DNA from: an uncultured virus (IMG/VR IMGVR_UViG_3300025759_009745)
Taxonomy: Duplodnaviria; Heunggongvirae; Uroviricota; Caudoviricetes
Reading direction: 5' to 3' (one strand)
IMG/VR virus record: IMGVR_UViG_3300025759_009745
Length of the DNA stretch: 20,000 nucleotides
Each line of letters starts with the position of its first letter. Positions within the stretch are counted from its first letter, which is position 1. This document shows positions 17,445 through 20,000 of this stretch, in pieces. Position numbers and translations under genes: made by a program. The notes under the pieces were generated by a model. That model was given only the letters and a program-made list of their open reading frames with translations. It searched no databases and was not told the DNA's origin.

Positions 17445-17939
17445 CTATTTAAAACTAATTTGTAATGCTTCTGGATCAAACTTTAGATTGTCTCCCATGT
17501 ATACTATCCTTGGGTTATTTAGCGCGGCTACCATGAGTAAGTTTCCAGAACCATACCCTGCGTGGTCTGTAATGGCAATGCCAGAAACCCAACCTAAGTC
17601 AAGCAAAGCTGTATCAAATGTTAAATTACCAGAATTCCATATGACACTAAATACACCGCTACTTCCATTGTCTAGTGTTGCTGTGTTGAAGTTCCATGCA
17701 GCATTTCCAGCCGTAGATGGATCTCCCAGGTCTATTCTAGAATATCCAGTTCCAGACCCATTAATGCCAGAGGGGAGTTCTGGTAGCCACCCACCAGTTT
17801 CATAATTTGCACCATTTCCAGACTCTGGAGGAACCCCGCTACACAAAGCTAAAGCAATGCCTGTTGGTTTTGGGAAAGAATCCCCTCTAAAAATATGATG
17901 TAGTAGCCCGGATTCTAGATAATCAGACAAAGCTGCCAT
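17445..17939 (-). CDS. Small virion structural protein (164 aa), extremely Ser-Gly rich
   Basis: MAALSDYLESGLLHHIFRG...ALAL...GYSR...N...LTF....GWVSGIAITD....GNLL pattern of a widespread phage minor structural/fibre-associated family; AGGAG RBS. Confidence 0.6.
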   Translation of the reverse strand: MAALSDYLESGLLHHIFRGDSFPKPTGIALALCSGVPPESGNGANYETGGWLPELPSGINGSGTGYSRIDLGDPSTAGNAAWNFNTATLDNGSSGVFSVIWNSGNLTFDTALLDLGWVSGIAITDHAGYGSGNLLMVAALNNPRIVYMGDNLKFDPEALQISFK

Positions 17940-17978
17940 TTTTTACTCCTAAAAAAAAGATCCTAATATATTCTATGG

Positions 17979-17989
17979 TATTATACACA
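17979..17989 (-). promoter_or_regulatory. Putative late promoter TGTGTATAATA
   Basis: Third copy; lies just downstream of the capsid terminator and would restart transcription. Confidence 0.65.
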
Positions 17990-18005
17990 TTTCCAATCCA
18001 TATAT

Positions 18006-18040
18006 AAAAAAAGGAAAGGCAATCATTCGATTACCTTTCC
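18006..18040 (-). terminator. Rho-independent terminator after the major capsid gene
   Basis: Minus-strand RNA GGAAAGGUAAUC-GAAU-GAUUGCCUUUCC-UUUUUUU: 12-bp stem with one G-U pair and a U7 tail. Confidence 0.9.
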
Positions 18041-18066
18041 GACTGAATTCTAAATGGAGTGATAGC

Positions 18067-19071
18067 TTAGAATGAGCCTAAGATTATTCTTCGGTTGTCA
18101 AGAACACCGAAACCTAACTCAGCCCAACCATACCATCCAACTCTTTGTTGTCTGTGCAACGCAGGGTCTTCGTGGACAGAAACAGCTTGCTTCATTGGCA
18201 TCACGAAGCTGTCATTTGTGCTTTGGTCAAGACCAACAACCAATTCTACGTCACTTGCTTCGACAGAACCGCCAAGAGCGTCAACGAAGAAGTCTTGATA
18301 TTCCTGACCTTCACCAAGCTCATCTAAATCGTGAAGCTGAACGCCAAACAAATTAGTAACAGGTGATTCACCACCGGTATTGTAGATAGTAGTTCTAACA
18401 GCGTCAGAAACTTGGTCAAGACCCCAGTTACGAACGTCTTCAAGCATTTCTGGAGATCCATACAGATCTGTCAAACGACCACGATTACCGCTTCCGGTGT
18501 TACCGCCAGCATTTCTTCTCATAACAGTTTGCATTAAGCTAACCAGTCTCTTTGTGAAGAAACCTGCTGTTGCGTCACCGTCGAAAACCAAGATGTTACG
18601 ATCAACACCAGCAGCAAGAAGTGTGTGCCAACCGTCATCATTCATCTTCTTAACAAAACCAGCTTCCATGACTTGCATAGCGCGAGCGGCGATGTCCCAA
18701 CGTGCCTCGCGAGCATAGCGAAGCAAGAAGTCAATGCTGCTTGCAATGCTATAAGTTGGAATCATAACGTAGTCACTCTCAACCGCACGCTCAGGAATAC
18801 GACCATGACCGGGATTGGTATAAGCTACGTGTTCACCTTCTGTTCCAGGCGCAAGAAGATCCAATGGATACTCTGTGCTTCCTCCTGGCTCGACATTGAT
18901 AGTCTCGAAAATATCACCAAGAATATTACCGATTAAAACACCTTTTCTAAGAGGTGTCTCAAGAGCTTTAGCAAACTCTCTTTGCGCAGCATAAGCTACA
19001 TTCATATCTGCATCACCAGACTGACGGAGCAGTTTGATGAATTCATCACTAGGTCTTTCTGTATATGACAT
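18067..19071 (-). CDS. Major capsid protein (HK97 fold, 334 aa)
   Basis: Size; scaffold-decoration-MCP order; strong AAGGAG RBS; own terminator; HK97-like features (E-loop G.IPE, spine helix WDIAARAMQVMEAGFVKKMND, C-terminal QRVGWYGWAELGFGVLDNR). Confidence 0.8.
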   Translation of the reverse strand: MSYTERPSDEFIKLLRQSGDADMNVAYAAQREFAKALETPLRKGVLIGNILGDIFETINVEPGGSTEYPLDLLAPGTEGEHVAYTNPGHGRIPERAVESDYVMIPTYSIASSIDFLLRYAREARWDIAARAMQVMEAGFVKKMNDDGWHTLLAAGVDRNILVFDGDATAGFFTKRLVSLMQTVMRRNAGGNTGSGNRGRLTDLYGSPEMLEDVRNWGLDQVSDAVRTTIYNTGGESPVTNLFGVQLHDLDELGEGQEYQDFFVDALGGSVEASDVELVVGLDQSTNDSFVMPMKQAVSVHEDPALHRQQRVGWYGWAELGFGVLDNRRIILGSF

Positions 19072-19097
19072 TATTATTTTCTCCTTTGAGTTATGGC

Positions 19098-19592
19098 TTA
19101 CGCAAGTGGGCCGTGATTAGGAAGATTTACATAGACTTTACAATAGCCATCAGCATCTGGTGCTGACATAAAACGACCAATAGCCAAGTTGCCGGAAGCT
19201 TGTGCGTCATCAGCAGTGGTAGAAATGTTACCAGCTACTGCATTTGAAGCATAGGCCATATCGCCAGGGCTAGGTGTTCCATCTACGTTGTCTGTAACAA
19301 CCCAACCGCGAGTCATAACAGTCACCTTACCACCTTGCTGAATTTCATCTTTATAGAAATTCAAGTGGGTTCTTGTTAAATCTTTATTGACAACATCGTT
19401 TAAAAGGATGCCAACAGGAACGCTTGTTGCAGCAGCAGTAGTATATGCCACTTGGTTATCACCTTGATCCAAGGCTGCACCAGAAGCGCTCAAAACGCTG
19501 TGGCAAACAACGCCACCGCGAGTTGCTGTACCAGCATTATAAAAATAGCTGATATCAGTTGATTCTTCGTATCTATCTGTTTTAAGAGCCAT
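19098..19592 (-). CDS. Putative head decoration / capsid cement protein (164 aa)
   Basis: Between scaffold and MCP; Gly/Ala-rich beta pattern (PVGILL...VTVMTRGWV...PGDMAY...IGRF) typical of beta-tulip cement proteins. Confidence 0.6.
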   Translation of the reverse strand: MALKTDRYEESTDISYFYNAGTATRGGVVCHSVLSASGAALDQGDNQVAYTTAAATSVPVGILLNDVVNKDLTRTHLNFYKDEIQQGGKVTVMTRGWVVTDNVDGTPSPGDMAYASNAVAGNISTTADDAQASGNLAIGRFMSAPDADGYCKVYVNLPNHGPLA

Positions 19593-19611
19593 GATTATTA
19601 TCTCCTATTGA

Positions 19612-20000
19612 TTACTTGGTTGAGAGTACGTTCTTAGAAAGCCAGTCAGAAATTGAGGCTCTAGTTGATTCAAGTTGATCTTCTAGTTCAACTTCTTGTT
19701 CTACCAATGCGGCCTCAGATGTTTCTAAATCTTCAACAAGCTCTGGTGTTGCTTCTTCTGCTAAAGCTTCTTCTTCGTCTGCCTTAGCTTCTTTTTCTTT
19801 TTCTTTTTTCTTCTTCTCGATAGCTTCCTTTAGTTCTGGAGGCATTGCTGCTTCAGCTTCATCTTCTTTTTTCTTCATAGGGTGCTTATCGGCATACTTC
19901 TTTTTCATGAGAGCTACAACAGCCTCAAAAGCTTCTTCTCCTAGAGCGTCGAATGAAGCAATAGTGTCTTCAACCTCTTGTTCGTCAAGTCCAGCTTCAG
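19612..20000 (-). CDS. C-terminal part of a putative scaffold / prohead protease-scaffold protein (5'-truncated)
   Basis: The frame stays open beyond the ORF-track start at 19908 to the window end (EAGLDEQEVEDTIASFDALGEEAFEAVVALMKKK...); very Glu/Lys/Ala-rich; upstream of the decoration and MCP genes. Confidence 0.6.
   Translation of the reverse strand, partial: EAGLDEQEVEDTIASFDALGEEAFEAVVALMKKKYADKHPMKKKEDEAEAAMPPELKEAIEKKKKEKEKEAKADEEEALAEEATPELVEDLETSEAALVEQEVELEDQLESTRASISDWLSKNVLSTK

Noticed and set aside
613..18936. Plus-strand ORFs and nested minus-strand ORFs in the track (e.g. 5384-5812, 13114-13431, 17488-17805, 18625-18936, 1571-1765, 11734-12024)
   Set aside because: They are shadow frames overlapping well-supported minus-strand genes, with no recognisable motifs

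Overview
Virion morphogenesis module of a large tailed dsDNA phage (Caudoviricetes). It is probably a siphovirus, as no sheath gene is seen. All real genes lie on the minus strand, tightly packed, with GGAG/AGGAG RBSs and TAATG/ATGA overlaps. In transcription order (high to low coordinates) they encode: the acidic C-terminus of a scaffold/protease; a head decoration protein; the major capsid protein, followed by an intrinsic terminator; a Ser-Gly-rich small structural protein; a 1780-aa fibre-like protein; a Cys-rich (GACC-repeat) protein interrupted by a 140-aa mini-intein/Hint domain; a GT-A glycosyltransferase with ppGalNAc-T-like DxH/GGE motifs; small structural proteins; a head-tail adaptor; two more fibre-like proteins (one with a 45-bp tandem repeat); neck/terminator proteins; an internally duplicated tail tube protein; and putative tail chaperones. 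A TGTGTATAATA motif occurs in three intergenic gaps and is a putative late promoter. The main hypothesis is a phage-encoded virion protein O-glycosylation system (glycosyltransferase plus Ser-Gly-enriched fibres), next to a self-splicing Cys-rich protein. All functional calls come from motif recall and gene order; no database search was run.
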